Source of the DNA: the human T2T-CHM13v2.0 reference genome, Homo sapiens
Direction: 5' to 3' (one strand)
Assembly: GCF_009914755.1 (NCBI RefSeq)
Contig: NC_060929.1
DNA length: 64,000 bases
This document shows positions 32,862 to 45,099 of this stretch, piece after piece. The translations under genes were made by a program, and so were the position numbers. The notes under the pieces are model-generated. The model was not told the DNA's origin, made no database searches, and was given only the letters and a program-made list of their open reading frames with translations. The number at the start of each line of letters is the position of its first letter. Position 1 is the stretch's first letter.

Positions 32862-33021
32862 AAGAAGGAAAGGATGGAGGGAGCCAGGGAAAGGAAGGAA
32901 GGAAAGGAAGGAAAGGAAAGAAAAGAAGGAAAGGAAGGGAGGGAAGGGAGGGAAGGGAGGAAAGGAAGGGAAGGGAAGGGAGAGAAGGGAGGGAAGGGAC
33001 GGAAGGGAAGGGAGGGAAGGG
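32862..33021 (+). repeat. Polypurine (GGAA/GGGA)n tract
   Basis: Directly visible. Confidence 0.92.
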
Positions 33022-33039
33022 TATGGAGATTGGAAAGTA

Positions 33040-33587
33040 TATTGTATCTAGGTCACTTTATAACAAGTTATTCTTCAACTAAGTGGGTTAAAACAATAAA
33101 CATTTATTATATCACAGTTTCTGTGAATAAGGAATCCAGGCACAGCTTTGCTAAGTCCTCTGGCTTAGAGTTTCTCAAAAGTCTCCAATCAAGGTGTCAG
33201 CTAGGGTAGAGTCACCTCAAGGTTTGACCAAGGGAAGATCCACTTCCAAGATCACTCGTAAAGCTGTTGGCAGGCTTCATGTCCACGCTGGCTGTTGGCC
33301 AGAGACATCAGTTCCTTGCCTGGTGGGCCTCTGAAAGGGCAGCTCACAACATGACAGCTGGCTTTCCTCAGAGCAAGCCAGGGAGAGAATAAGAAGGAAG
33401 ACAAGCAAGATGGAAGCCAGAGTTTTGGAATCTAATCTGAGAAGTGATACCCCATCACTGATGATATATTCTATTATTTAGAAATGTGTCATTTTAGCTC
33501 CACCCACACTCAAGGACAGGAAATTACACAAGGCATTAAATACCAGGAGGCAAGGATCACTGAGGACAATATAGATGCTGTCTACCA
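33040..33587 (-). mobile_element. MLT1 (F-like) MaLR LTR
   Basis: aaacatttattatatcacagtttctgtg...caatcaaggtgtcagctaggg...gatccacttccaag...tctaccat. Confidence 0.75.
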
Positions 33588-33589
33588 TG

Positions 33590-34440
33590 GAACGGAAAAG
33601 CAAAAGCTGTTTTTTTCCTAATATGTAGACAATGCCAAAGAATCATACTAAATGTTTAGAATTAACAAGTCTAGCAAGGTTCACTGTAAACAAAACTCAG
33701 GAAAAATCAGTTTTATACCATACAGAAGCAACAAACACTATAAGGAAATTTACAACACCAGCATTTACAAAAGAATTAAACGTCAACATTGATCAGCTGA
33801 GTAACTGTTGAAACAGGAAATGGGTACTACAGTCTTTGAAAATTTTGATACTTTTTTTAAAGTATCAAATACTTGGGAACAAATCTAACAAAAGATTTGT
33901 AAATCTTCACAGAAAAAAGCAACTTTTTTTCTCATTTATTTCAAATAAAATGGAAAGGTAAACCATGGTCATGGACTAGAAGACCTAATATTGTAGACAG
34001 CAATTCTCTGCAAATTGATTTATACATATAATACAATCAAAATTAAAAAAAAAAACTCAACAGGGTGAGTGTGTGTCTCTGCATGTGTGTGTGTGTGTAT
34101 GTAGGCTTGACAATCTGATACCAAAATTTGTACAAAGACGAAAAAGTCAAAAAAATGGAAAAAAATGTTCAGCCATATTAATAATCATGGAAATGCAAAA
34201 TAAAACCATAATCAGACACTATTAATAACCACCACATTGACAACATTTCAAACTCTGACGATAGCAAGTTTCGGTGAGGATATTAAACAAAAGGAGTTCT
34301 CATACACTGTTAATGGGAGCGTTAATTGGGACAACCACTTTGGATAACTGCTATTATCTATTCATCAATTTCACACTTAATTGGTGCTTATGTTTTATGA
34401 TCTCTCCATAAATATGTTATATTTTTTTAAAAAAGTAATC
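33590..34440 (+). mobile_element. Old L1M ORF2/3' fragments
   Basis: caattctctgcaaattgatttatacat; gaaatgcaaaataaaaccataatcagacac; acaaccactttgga. Confidence 0.65.
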
Positions 34441-35064
34441 TTAAAAAAAAAAGGAAAGAAAACAACCACATATACTTCCAAAGACAAGCAACAGGAAAAG
34501 AGATTCTGAAAAATAAACTCTACCTCGGAGTGAAAATAGAGCAGAAAGAAGAATTATTCTTGGCTCTAAACAGAATGCCAAAGTCTGAGAATGAATCCTG
34601 AAACACTAAAAATCTCCCATTACATTATGTATTTGGAATGTAAGGTGGTACCCAAACCAATAGGAATACTTTGGTCCATTTTTAAAAGCAAAATCTGCAT
34701 CAGATGTAGGAGGTATTTTGCTACAAGAGAACAGGAGCAAATCTTAAGTGCAAGGAAAAATCAGTCCAAGGAGTACTGTAAGCCAATTAGTGGGTGTTGC
34801 TCTCAGCTTTCTGGGTAATTGCGCTCAGAGGAAGACTTTCAGATGCTCCATAATCCAAGTGCACCACAATTTTACAAAAGGACAAAGCAATGCTAAAAAA
34901 TTGGCAAAGTGCTCACCTAAAGACCAGTCAGTACAAAAGCCCAAATCTTACTTTTCATTTTCTCATAGAAATAAATGACTGATGAAGACCATTGGCAAAG
35001 GCATTTGAGGATGCTCTCTAACTGATCTAAATAAATGCCAAAAAAGAAACACGAGGTATGGCAT

Positions 35065-35899
35065 TTTTAAAAAAAATAAGTTTATTTACATTTCACTTAC
35101 TTTCAAAAGGATGAAAATATATTTATAAAGGAAGTAGTCTCATTTTATTTAACCCATTTGCATTTGACTTAGAATCAGAGGTCTAAGGGTACCCAAAGAA
35201 TTTATCCAGTTCAACTTTCCATTTTTAGCTAAGACTGAAATTATACCATTGCAGGCAGATGAAAATCTACTCCACTTATAGGTAAACATCAACTAATATA
35301 TATGTTATAAAAACACTAGCTTTAGTAAAATCTGTCATAACATCCAATAAATCTGCAATAAAAGACATAGCTATCACAATATAAGACATTAAAAAATTTA
35401 TGTGCAGCAATAAAAACTGGAATTTATACAGGAGAAATGATAATTGGCTACTAAGTCAATAGCATCACAGTAACAGTACCCAGTGTCTTTCTTATTCAAG
35501 TATACACGCTATTTTTAAGACTTAAAATTAAGTCTTAAGGCTATAATAAAGATATCAGTAGCTAGGATGTATATACACAATTATTTAATAAACACCATGA
35601 AAAAGAAAGCACAGAGATAAAAATACCCTTAAATTCTGTAGCAATTACAAACATGTTAACATTATCACTATATATTTGACTCATAAATTTTAACCAATTT
35701 ATACACTTTAAAACTAGCATTGAGTTTTATAAAAATACTAATGGCCAAACATTTTTAAAAACTAAGGCAATCTTTATCTATATTTCAGTAGTCTTTGTTT
35801 TATGCTTTTCTTTCTTCCACCACCAAAGTCTTTCTCCTAACCACCATTCACTCAAAACAACAACAGTGGTCTCTAGCACCTGTTGCTGTGGAAGTATTA
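35065..35899 (-). other. DEPDC1B: DEPDC1B 3'UTR (3' end approximate)
   Basis: AT-rich, repeat-free sequence after the stop, running to AATAAA hexamers at 35149-35144 and 35086-35081. Confidence 0.75.
35081..35086 (-). terminator. Polyadenylation signal AATAAA (distal); a second one lies at 35144-35149
   Basis: Plus-strand tttatt is AATAAA on the gene strand, followed by U-rich sequence. Confidence 0.7.
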
Positions 35900-36061
35900 T
35901 TACATTCGAAAACTTCTAGTTCTTTGAAATGGTTGGAAAGGCTTCTTTAGTGCCCACATTAGCAGCTGTGGTTTCGGTTTGGGTTTTTCAGGAAACAGAA
36001 GTGCTGCACTTTCTGGTGTAGGAAATCGTTCTTGATAGACTTCAGGATAGGATTTCTGAAA
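35900..36061 (-). CDS. DEPDC1B: DEPDC1B terminal coding exon: [53 protein letters not shown]
   Basis: tttttttag|TTT acceptor, 54 codons ending in TAA (35902-35900), with a second TAA immediately after. In frame with the three upstream exons. Confidence 0.95.
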   Translation of the reverse strand, partial: FQKSYPEVYQERFPTPESAALLFPEKPKPKPQLLMWALKKPFQPFQRTRSFRM

Positions 36062-37222
36062 CTAAAAAAATGAATGGTCCAAGAAGAGTAAAAAAAGACA
36101 CATAAAAGCCAATAAAATTTGGCAGCCAAATTTTAAGAGTTTCTGAGCCTGTATTTTCCTGTTTTTGTTTATTTTTGTTAAAACATTTCATTCCAATTTC
36201 TATAGAGCTAATCCATCTTTCCTTTGATCTAAGCTTCAAATAAGTTCCCCTTTTAATCATGTTTCTGAAAATTCCCCCCACTGCCAACTATAAATAGACC
36301 TCACTTTTTATATATTCACAAGTAACTCTGACTTCAAAATAACTTCTGTTCTACACAGTTAAATAAAATTTTGGCCCAATTACATTTCATCATTTCTCTG
36401 TTTCTCCAACTCAGCCCCACCAGCTTCTGCTCAAATGGAAGAGGGAATATTCTGGTGTATATTACTTTGTGAAAAGCTTAAAAGAGAGGCAGTATACTTT
36501 CTGTTGATCTTTACCACTAAACTCTCCTCCAAAATTACTCTGAGAATAATATGATCAGAAGCCCAGAACTCTGGTGCTCTGTGTGTAATCCCACATGTAC
36601 GGTGTTCCCTGAATCCAACTATGTAGAGTTCAGTCTTTAAAAACAAAAACCACTCACCTGATCATGGATCAACCTTTATGAATAGTCAAAAGTAACATAT
36701 TGTGAGTTAAAAACGATTCGCTGGAACCCTAAGCTGTGTTCCCTAACATAAGAGGAACTAAAAACTTGTACTGATACCTGAGGCAAGAAACTAATTTGAT
36801 AGTGGCTATCTAAAACCAACGGCTTTTAAACTCTAAACATTTTACACCTGTGAATTCCATCTGATTTGCCTTTTGAAAACATGAAAAGAAATCCACCCTC
36901 ACTGATAGCTTCTCTGAGATTAAAGCAGATGCTCTGCTAATTCACATCATGCCACATACCAAAACAAAGGACAAATATTAGAGAATAGCTCCAAAAATGA
37001 AGAGTTTGGCAATGGTAACAGATTTACACTGAAGAATAAAGATCTAGGATACTGACCACAAGTGTGTAAATCAGTGAGACTTCTAGAATGTATGAACTAA
37101 TATACTTAGAAAACTGCTATGGCTCAGAAGATGAGATTTACATGAAGCCTATTAAAATAAAAAAAAAAAACATAAAAACAGTAGGGAGGAGAAAAAATGG
37201 CTTATAAAGAATATCCTTTTAC

Positions 37223-37408
37223 CTGCTTCAGTTTCTTCTTTTTCTCTTTGTTGGAGAGTTTGGCATCTGTTATGACTTCCTCCAACAAGGCTGCCAGAGG
37301 TTCCTGAGAGCCATATGATCTTTGATATTCAAATTCCTCTGGACTAATTTGACGGCAAAATGATGGAGCAGATAAAGTGATATCCATATCAGCTCCTGGG
37401 TATTTTAT
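37223..37408 (-). CDS. DEPDC1B: DEPDC1B coding exon (probably exon 10): [62 protein letters not shown]
   Basis: cctcag|ATA acceptor and CAG|gtaaaa donor. 186 nt, phase 0-0. Lies inside track ORF 37202..37453. Confidence 0.95.
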
Positions 37409-37673
37409 CTGAGGCAAAAGGATTAGTAGTGAAAGAATATAGCATATTTTCAAATAAATTATAAGAATTAGTTTAGATCAAATACAGGATATCTCCTTGT
37501 ACCGTAGCAATGCCATGTTAGTCCTCAAAATTTGATTGGGGGAAACTCTATATTGAAAAGTAAAAGTATTTCCATAACTTCAAAATATTATTATTTAAAG
37601 CCACGGTTTTAAATTGGATTTTTACCTTTGTAAACCCAAGAGCCATTTCAATAACAAAAAAAGCTTGTGCCCT

Positions 37674-38143
37674 CGTTGGGAACAGGCCCCAAAACTGGCC
37701 ATAAACAAAATCTCTGCAGCACTGTGACATGCTCGTGATGGCCTTGATGCCCATGCTGGAAGGTTGTCCGTTTACAGGAATGAGGGCAAGGAACACCTGG
37801 CCCACCCAGGGCGGAAAACCACTTAAGGCATTCTTAAACCACAAACAATAGCATGAGCGATCTGTGCCTTAAAGACATGTTCATGCTGCAGATAACTAGC
37901 CAGAGCTCTTCCCTTTATTTCACCCACCCCTTTATTTCCCATAAGGAATACTTTTAGTAAATCTTATGACTGGCTTGCTGTCAATAAATATGTGGGTAAA
38001 TCTCTGTTCAAAGCTCTCAGCTCTGAAGGCTGTAAGACCCCTGATTTCCCACTCCACATTCTATATTTGTGTGTGTGTGTGTGTGTCTTTAATTCCTCTA
38101 GGGCCACTGGGTTAGGGTCTCCACGACCGAGCTGGTCTCGGCA
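37674..38143 (+). mobile_element. MER9-like (HERV-K HML-3) solo LTR, intronic and antisense to DEPDC1B
   Basis: (c)gttgggaacaggcccc...ggccataaacaaaatctctgcagcactgtgacatg...gagctggtctcggca with a 6-bp TSD tgccct/ttccct. Confidence 0.88.
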
Positions 38144-38998
38144 TTCCCTCTTTTAACAAGATCTGAAATTCAAGCATAAATTAAACACATTGACTAAAAT
38201 GATTCAAAACATTGATAATGTTGGATATCCACTGGAACTATCCAGGCGCATTCCCACATCTGAAGAGTGTGATTCTCAATGCCTTGGGGATGGTAGTGGC
38301 ACGCATTTAGCTAAGCTTTTAGGAAGAGAGGGGTACTACAATCATTTCCTAACATCTTACCCATGAGAATCAAGTAAAACAACAAAGGTGCAGACATTGC
38401 AGAAGGGATAAGGGAGAAGAGAGAAATAAGAGGAAAAAGGAAACCAAGGCCTGTGAATAAATGAACATACATTAAAAATATTTAATTTCAGAGCCTGGAG
38501 TCCTTTGAAATAGAAGGTTGCAGATGAGGATCATAGAAGGCTTGTGTCAAAAACATTGCCTACCTAATAATGTATCCCAGGGTCAGCCCTGAAACTGTCC
38601 TAAAACAATCACTGGAATAATCCAAGCAACACTGCATTTTCAGAGAAGCACTCCCCTAAATGTGATACAGTGTAGAGGCTTAGGAGCCTAATCAAAAGAA
38701 CAAAGATCTATAGGTTCTGAGGGCTGAATGGAACAGGTGCTTGGCAATTCTAATATGTACTTGCAAGAGAGAAAAGGTAACTGGACAAATGAATCACTAC
38801 TGATTTTATTCAGAGCACACTGCAGTGTCTCTTAACAAGATCATGTTTACCTGCAGTTAAATTAATCACCATAGCTCAGCCTTCTGAACTTCAAGTAATA
38901 GCAAAGGGCTCACAAGGCTAAGTTACTACAATATATGCCTGTGCTATGCATGTGAATACACAAACCTAGCAAGTATACAGGGCAACACAGTTATTGCT

Positions 38999-39361
38999 TG
39001 ATATTGTTTGGCTGTGTCCTCACCCAAATCTCATCTTGAAATGTAGTTCCCATAATCCCCTTGCTGTGGGAGATGGGAGGTAACTGAATCACAGGGTGGT
39101 TCCCCCCATGCTGTTCTTATGATAGTGAGTGAGTTCTCATGAGATCTGATGGTTTTATGAGGGGCTTTTCTCCCTTTTGCTCGGTGCTTCTCTCTCCTGC
39201 TGCCTCATGAAGGATGTGTTTGCTTCCCCTTCTGCCATGATTGTAAGTTTCCTGGGGCCTCCCCAGCCATGCTGAACTCTGAGTCAATGAAACCTCTTTC
39301 CTTTACAAATTACCCAGTCTTGGGTATGTCTTTATTAGCAGCATGAGAGCAGACTAATACA
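38999..39361 (+). mobile_element. THE1 (C/D-like) solo LTR, intronic and antisense to DEPDC1B
   Basis: tgatattgtttggctgtgtcc...agactaataca with TSD ttgct/ctgct. Confidence 0.9.
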
Positions 39362-39469
39362 CTGCTATAACATTTCCTTGCAGAAACTTGGTGAAGTATT
39401 TCTGTTCATTTTTATTTTCTTTAGGGTTGGCTCATAAAAATATCAGAGGAAAAAATTAAACTAAAACAG

Positions 39470-39870
39470 CAGTTAAAATTACACTTTTCACCCATGCAAG
39501 TGGCAAAGATATATACAAGTGTTAATGATAATATCCAAAGTAGGCAAAGGGGCAAAGAAATGAACACTCTCTTATACCACTGACAGAAATGTAAATTGAA
39601 ATGATCATTCTAAATTTGGCAATATGCTATAGATACTTAAAATATGTTCATGGCCTTTGGCCAAGCAATGCTGCCCCTAGGAGTTTATTCTTAAAAAATA
39701 ATCACAGATTAGCCAAAAAAAATCTACCTTTAAAAATATTTACTGCTATATTGCTTCCAAAATGGGGGAAAGCATGAAAACAATCTAAATACCAACCAAA
39801 AAGTATCATTTAAATAAATTATGGTATATCCATATTATGGAATACTATGTTGCCAATAATATTATTATGG
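39470..39870 (+). mobile_element. Old L1M 3' ORF2 fragment
   Basis: ataaattatggtatatccatattatggaatactatg motif. Confidence 0.65.
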
Positions 39871-39899
39871 AATAATATAACAATAATGATGATACCAAC

Positions 39900-40180
39900 A
39901 ACAAAGGCAGCTACTAATTGTAGGTTTACAATGTGATAAACATTATTGTGAGCATTTCACATGTATTAAGCCCACATGTATTTTAATCACATGTTTTAAT
40001 TCCCCAGAAAAACTCTATGAGGTAAATATTAACTACTATTATTCCCATTTTACAGATGAGAAAAAGAAATGTTGGGACAGATGTTGAAGCACAGACATGT
40101 TATATAATTTGCCTAAGGTGACACAGCTAACAAAAGGCATGTCATGAATTCAAAGGCTCCTGAGTCTGTGCTCTTGGCCA
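39900..40180. mobile_element. MIR
   Basis: attattcccattttacagatgag...ttgcctaaggtgacacagcta. Confidence 0.75.
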
Positions 40181-40245
40181 TTCTCATGCCAATCAACAAT
40201 ATTTAATGATGGGGGAATTTTTTTCTCATTGTTAACAGAATGTAA

Positions 40246-40360
40246 GTGGCAGGAAGGGAGGCAGGCAGGAAGGGAGGCAGGCAAGAAGGAAGCAGGGAAG
40301 GCGGGAAGGAGGGAAGGAAGGAAGGGAGGGTGGGGAGGGAAGAGAGAGGGAAGAAAGTAA
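40246..40360 (+). repeat. GA-rich (GGAA/GGCA)n tract
   Basis: Directly visible. Confidence 0.85.
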
Positions 40361-40809
40361 GGTAGGCATGGACATAGACAGCAGACAGACACAGAAAAAA
40401 AAATCTGAAAGACTATATTACTGACTATGAACATTTTAGTGTAACTCTGATACTTTTTGGTGTGTTTTTTCTATATTTCCCAAGTTTCTTCAATGTGTTA
40501 GGTTGATAATTGCAAAAAAATAGAAAAAATTTTAATTTTAAAATTGCCTTCTAGAAACAGCTGGACAATTAATTATTTTTGTAATACCTCAGAAGGAGGC
40601 AGTTCACTGGTCCTTGATTGTGGTGCCTCAAAAAGATCTCAAATGAGAAGAGGTCCAATCAGTCAGAAGGAGTCAAGTGGACCTTCTGCCTGCCTTTACC
40701 AGGTTTCTGCTCCCACAGGCTGACATACAAACCCCACTTTGGGGTCCACACGATAATAATATATTATATTTCTTTTGCATTGTTTTTATATAACCACCAT
40801 GACAACAGC

Positions 40810-41240
40810 AGCAGCTACCTTTCAAAGAATACCTGACATATGTCAGAAATTCATCCTAGGAATTGTAAAGTACAGTGTTCTAATCTTCACAACTTTATAA
40901 AGAAAGAATAGCCCATTTTAACGCCTGAGGAAAGAAAGTAAAATCCAAAGCGGTTAAGGGACTTGCCCAGAGTCACACGACAGAAAGGATACAGCTAGGA
41001 ATTTGGCCAGGGATTCATGGCTCTCATGCCAGTGTTCTTCTACTGTACTATGATTTTTAGACAGGCAATATGGAATGATAGTTTAGAGCACTGATTACAG
41101 AGGCTGACTGCAACAGTCAGAATTCTGGCTCTGTGGCCTTAAGCGAAGTTATTTAAGTTCTTTGTGCCTTAGCTTTTTCATGCAAAAAGTGGGAATATTA
41201 AACTAGGTCACAGGGCAATTATGAATCAAGACACTTACTG
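40810..41240. mobile_element. Two adjacent MIR fragments in opposite orientations
   Basis: ggttaagggacttgcccagagtcacac and ttatttaagttctttgtgccttagctttttca cores. Confidence 0.6.
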
Positions 41241-41536
41241 CACATAAAATCATTTCCATCAGTAGGTGTATGTAGATTCTAAACAAACTCATTCAAGGAA
41301 TTAGCAATAAAAAATATGCCACATGGATTGATACACAAAACCAAATGTGCATTCTGTAAACTTTTCAATGATAATACAAACACATGCAGGGGATTACTAT
41401 GTGCCAAGACCTGTTGTAAGTACTTTATAAACATTAATTCACTTAATCCTCATAATAAAATGCCCCAAGAAGCCTAGCAAGCTTACGTGACTTTATATTG
41501 CCAATTTCATAGAACTGATAATATCCTCTCCTTTAC

Positions 41537-41713
41537 CTGGACTCTTCGTAGATGAGCCACACGCTCCTCTATAGAGGTCTGCAAGGCCAAAGGGACTTTC
41601 AGAATTTCCTGGTAATTGTCCATCAGAAACGTTACCAATCTAGCAGCTAATAACTCATCCAAGTCCACTTCATCCTTGGAACACAAGATGCAACGGGAAA
41701 ATGTCTGAACCAT
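41537..41713 (-). CDS. DEPDC1B: DEPDC1B coding exon (probably exon 9): [59 protein letters not shown]
   Basis: ttttttag|ATG acceptor and CAG|gtaaag donor. 177 nt, phase 0-0. Matches track ORF 41507..41713 and the recalled DEPDC1B protein. Confidence 0.95.
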
Positions 41714-42360
41714 CTAAAAAAAGAGCGGGGTAGGGGGTAAACGCAGATGAGTATTTTTCTGAACTGAGTGCAATCTAATTTGCAAAAGGCAAATATGAGA
41801 AATGGTCTAAGGCACAGGGTGCATATTCTACCAAGAGTACCCAGCCATCTCAGATGGGTTGACGGTCTCAACAACCAGAACAAACAAAATGTGCATCTTC
41901 CTGTTAAGAGACTGCAGAGAGATGCTTATCTGAGCAATTTTTAAACCTCCTTTTACACGATTTTAAATATACATATATATATATATATATACACACACAT
42001 ACACACATATAAATATATGAAAACAAATTTTGAAAATCATTATCACCATGACTTGAATCATGTAGCACTACTAAGTTCAAAGCACTTTATAGCCATTTAG
42101 TCAATTATTATTTATCCTAATTTCATTATTGATTTGTTTTAAACCGCTAACACAGTCCACATGCCTCAACCATTACATCTTTTCCTAGTTAGCTTATTTT
42201 CTCTAGGATTTTCGATGTATATTTGACAATCATCTTTGAACAAAGCCATGGGACTTTTCAAGAAGTACATTAAGTGATGAGACTCTCTTTGAGGCAAGCA
42301 GAAATGCAAAATATATTATAGCATCAATGTAATAATTTCCATAGAATTGAAATTAACTAT

Positions 42361-42800
<440 letters not shown>

Positions 42801-43269
42801 TAGTAACACTTCATTAACACACTGCAAATGATCTTCACTTACATTTACATGTACAGAGAGACACACAGGCAGAGAATTTTTTGCCTGGAGACCATGGACC
42901 CCAGGGACTCTGTGATCGCCTTGAAACTGCATGCAAAGTTTTGCATGTGTATTTTATATGCAGAATAGATATAAAGTTTTCTTCAGCTTTTCAAAAAGGT
43001 CTATTAGCCTCTCTAACCATCCACTCACTCCAAAAAAATATAGAGATCAAGAATCCTACTGGGCACTAAGTGCTCCTCTGATCTCACTCTATTACTTCTA
43101 AAACTGGGCCAGTGAATCCCCAGGGAGTACACGGTGTTTTAACAGGATATGGAAAGCACATACATTCCACTGAAGCACCAGTTTTGCTCAAAGACATTTT
43201 TTGAGGAAAATCAAGAGATTTTGCTAGTAAGTAAATTCTAAAATAAACTCTCTTTAAAAACATATGCCA

Positions 43270-43595
43270 ATAGAAGCAGAGATTAGATGGTAGGTACCAC
43301 AGGCTGGGGGATACAGGGACATGGAAATAGATGTTGGTCAAAGGGTACAAAGATCCAGTGAGACAGGAGGATCAAGTCTTAATGCTCTAGTGCACAGCAC
43401 GGTGACGACAATTATAATAATATATTGTATATTTCAAAATTGAGAAAAGAATAGATTTTTAATGATCTCATTACAAAAAAATGATAAGTTGGTATGGTAA
43501 TGAATCTGTTAATTAGCTTGATTGACTCTATAATGTATACATGAATTAAAACATCACATATGCAATTATTAGTTGTCAATTAAGAATAAATTTAA
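43270..43595 (+). mobile_element. L1MA-like 3' end
   Basis: gatgttggtcaaagggtacaaag...aaaatgataagt...aaaacatcacat...tgtcaattaagaataaa. Confidence 0.8.
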
Positions 43596-43845
43596 AATAA
43601 TTTTAAGTGGGAGAACAGGATGTAGCAGATCTCTCTACAGAGTCTGCCCCTACTCAAGTCTCCATTTCTCATTATGTTCTTTAAGACACTTAGAACAAAA
43701 GCACGACACAAGTCTGGGTGGACACTGACTGTGGCTCTTTTAAGCAAGTCTGCTTTGTACTTCCCTCTGATCACCCAAACTAATACACCTTACTCAGTCG
43801 ACTTTCATTCCAAAAAGTCATACCTGATGTTAAAAATCAACCTAC

Positions 43846-44012
43846 CAGTGTTCGGGTACCAAAGCCATCACACAGGGGTGGCATCTCTTTGTTTAAGCAA
43901 ATCCTTGCCATCATCCTCATCAATAGCTGTAACTTTCTCCTATTTTCAGGAGGTAGGAGAAGGCAGCAAATCTGAAATGCTTCAACTGCCACTTTCTCCT
44001 TCTGTAACAAAC
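43846..44012 (-). CDS. DEPDC1B: DEPDC1B internal coding exon (probably exon 8), RhoGAP-like region: (G)[55 protein letters not shown]
   Basis: Minus-strand polypyrimidine tract then cag|GT at 44013/44012, donor CTG|gtaggt at 43846/43845. 167 nt, phase 1 to phase 0. The [13 protein letters not shown] motif is typical of RhoGAP/DEPDC1. Translated by hand because it is absent from the ORF track. Confidence 0.93.
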
Positions 44013-44647
44013 CTGATTTAGAAAAAAAAAAATGTTATCTTTCAACACCTATAGCCTAGTAGATTCTATATGGTTGTATTTTAACAAAATATATATTAGT
44101 AAAATTACATAAAATATTTTCACATATTCAACTATACTGGGTCAATTGAATATAGATCCATTGTCACTCACAAATCACTATAGAAAATACAAACCATCAA
44201 CCAGGCATGACAAATATATAGAACCAAATACAGCCATTTTCTCCTCCCATACACTAGACAGATATATCTCAATTTTCATAGCACTCTTTCCCGAACCAGG
44301 AGCAGCCAGGCTAACACTATCATAACCCTCAACACTCACGTTGTTAATAAGTCCAAAATAGCAAGAACGTGAACGTGTCATCACTCCCCTGAATTCTCCC
44401 CTCTGTATTATTTCCTCATTATCAGCAGGCTCACCACCTTGCATGACTCTCAGTGACTAAATAAAGGACTGATGCCCACATAGTCAGTCCACTGCCAAAT
44501 GGCTCCCCTTCTTTCTAAATAATGCCTTTCAAATAACCCTTCTTTCCACTTAGGCTATCTTTCTTAGTTAAGTGTGCTGATTCAATCATGTTATATGCCA
44601 TCCTTCCTCATCTCAGGTATGATTTTGCTAAAAGTTAGGATATTCTA

Positions 44648-44764
44648 GCCAGGCACAGTGGCTCACGCCTGTAATCTCAGCACTTTGAGATGCTGAGATG
44701 GGAGGATCACTTGAGGCCAGGAATTTGAGACCAGCCTGGGCAACATAGTGAGAACCCATTTCTA

Positions 44765-44798
<34 letters not shown>

Positions 44799-44950
44799 AA
44801 TTAGCCGCCATGGTGGCACACACCAGTAGTCCTAGCTATTCAGGAAGCTGAAGGAGGAGAACTGTTTGAGCCCAGGAGTTTGAGGTTACAGTGAGCCATA
44901 ATGGCACCAGCCTGGGCAACACAGCAAGACCTGTCTCTTTTTTTTTTTTT
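44648..44950 (+). mobile_element. AluJ with an A30 linker and T13 in place of the A tail
   Basis: Alu dimer, A30 at 44766-44795, T13 at 44938-44950. Confidence 0.92.
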
Positions 44951-45099
44951 AAAGGATATTATAATATTGCTCTCTTTTTTACTATATTTGTCCCTGGACA
45001 TACTTATATCCAAGCCCTCTAATGAGGTAAAACTGCTTCTATCAGTTTATCTGTCCTATATCCAACCATTTCAAGTTACCACTAGTCTTTGGAAGGCAA

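Noticed and set aside
32761-33209. K/E/G/R-rich ORFs of 96 and 111 aa
   Set aside because: Translations of the GGAA/GGGA microsatellite.
33844-33869. 11-bp hairpin tttgatacttt/aaagtatcaaa
   Set aside because: AT-rich, inside an old L1 remnant, and too short for a miRNA or terminator call.
43674-44021. 115-aa plus-strand ORF
   Set aside because: Antisense shadow of the real minus-strand DEPDC1B exon.
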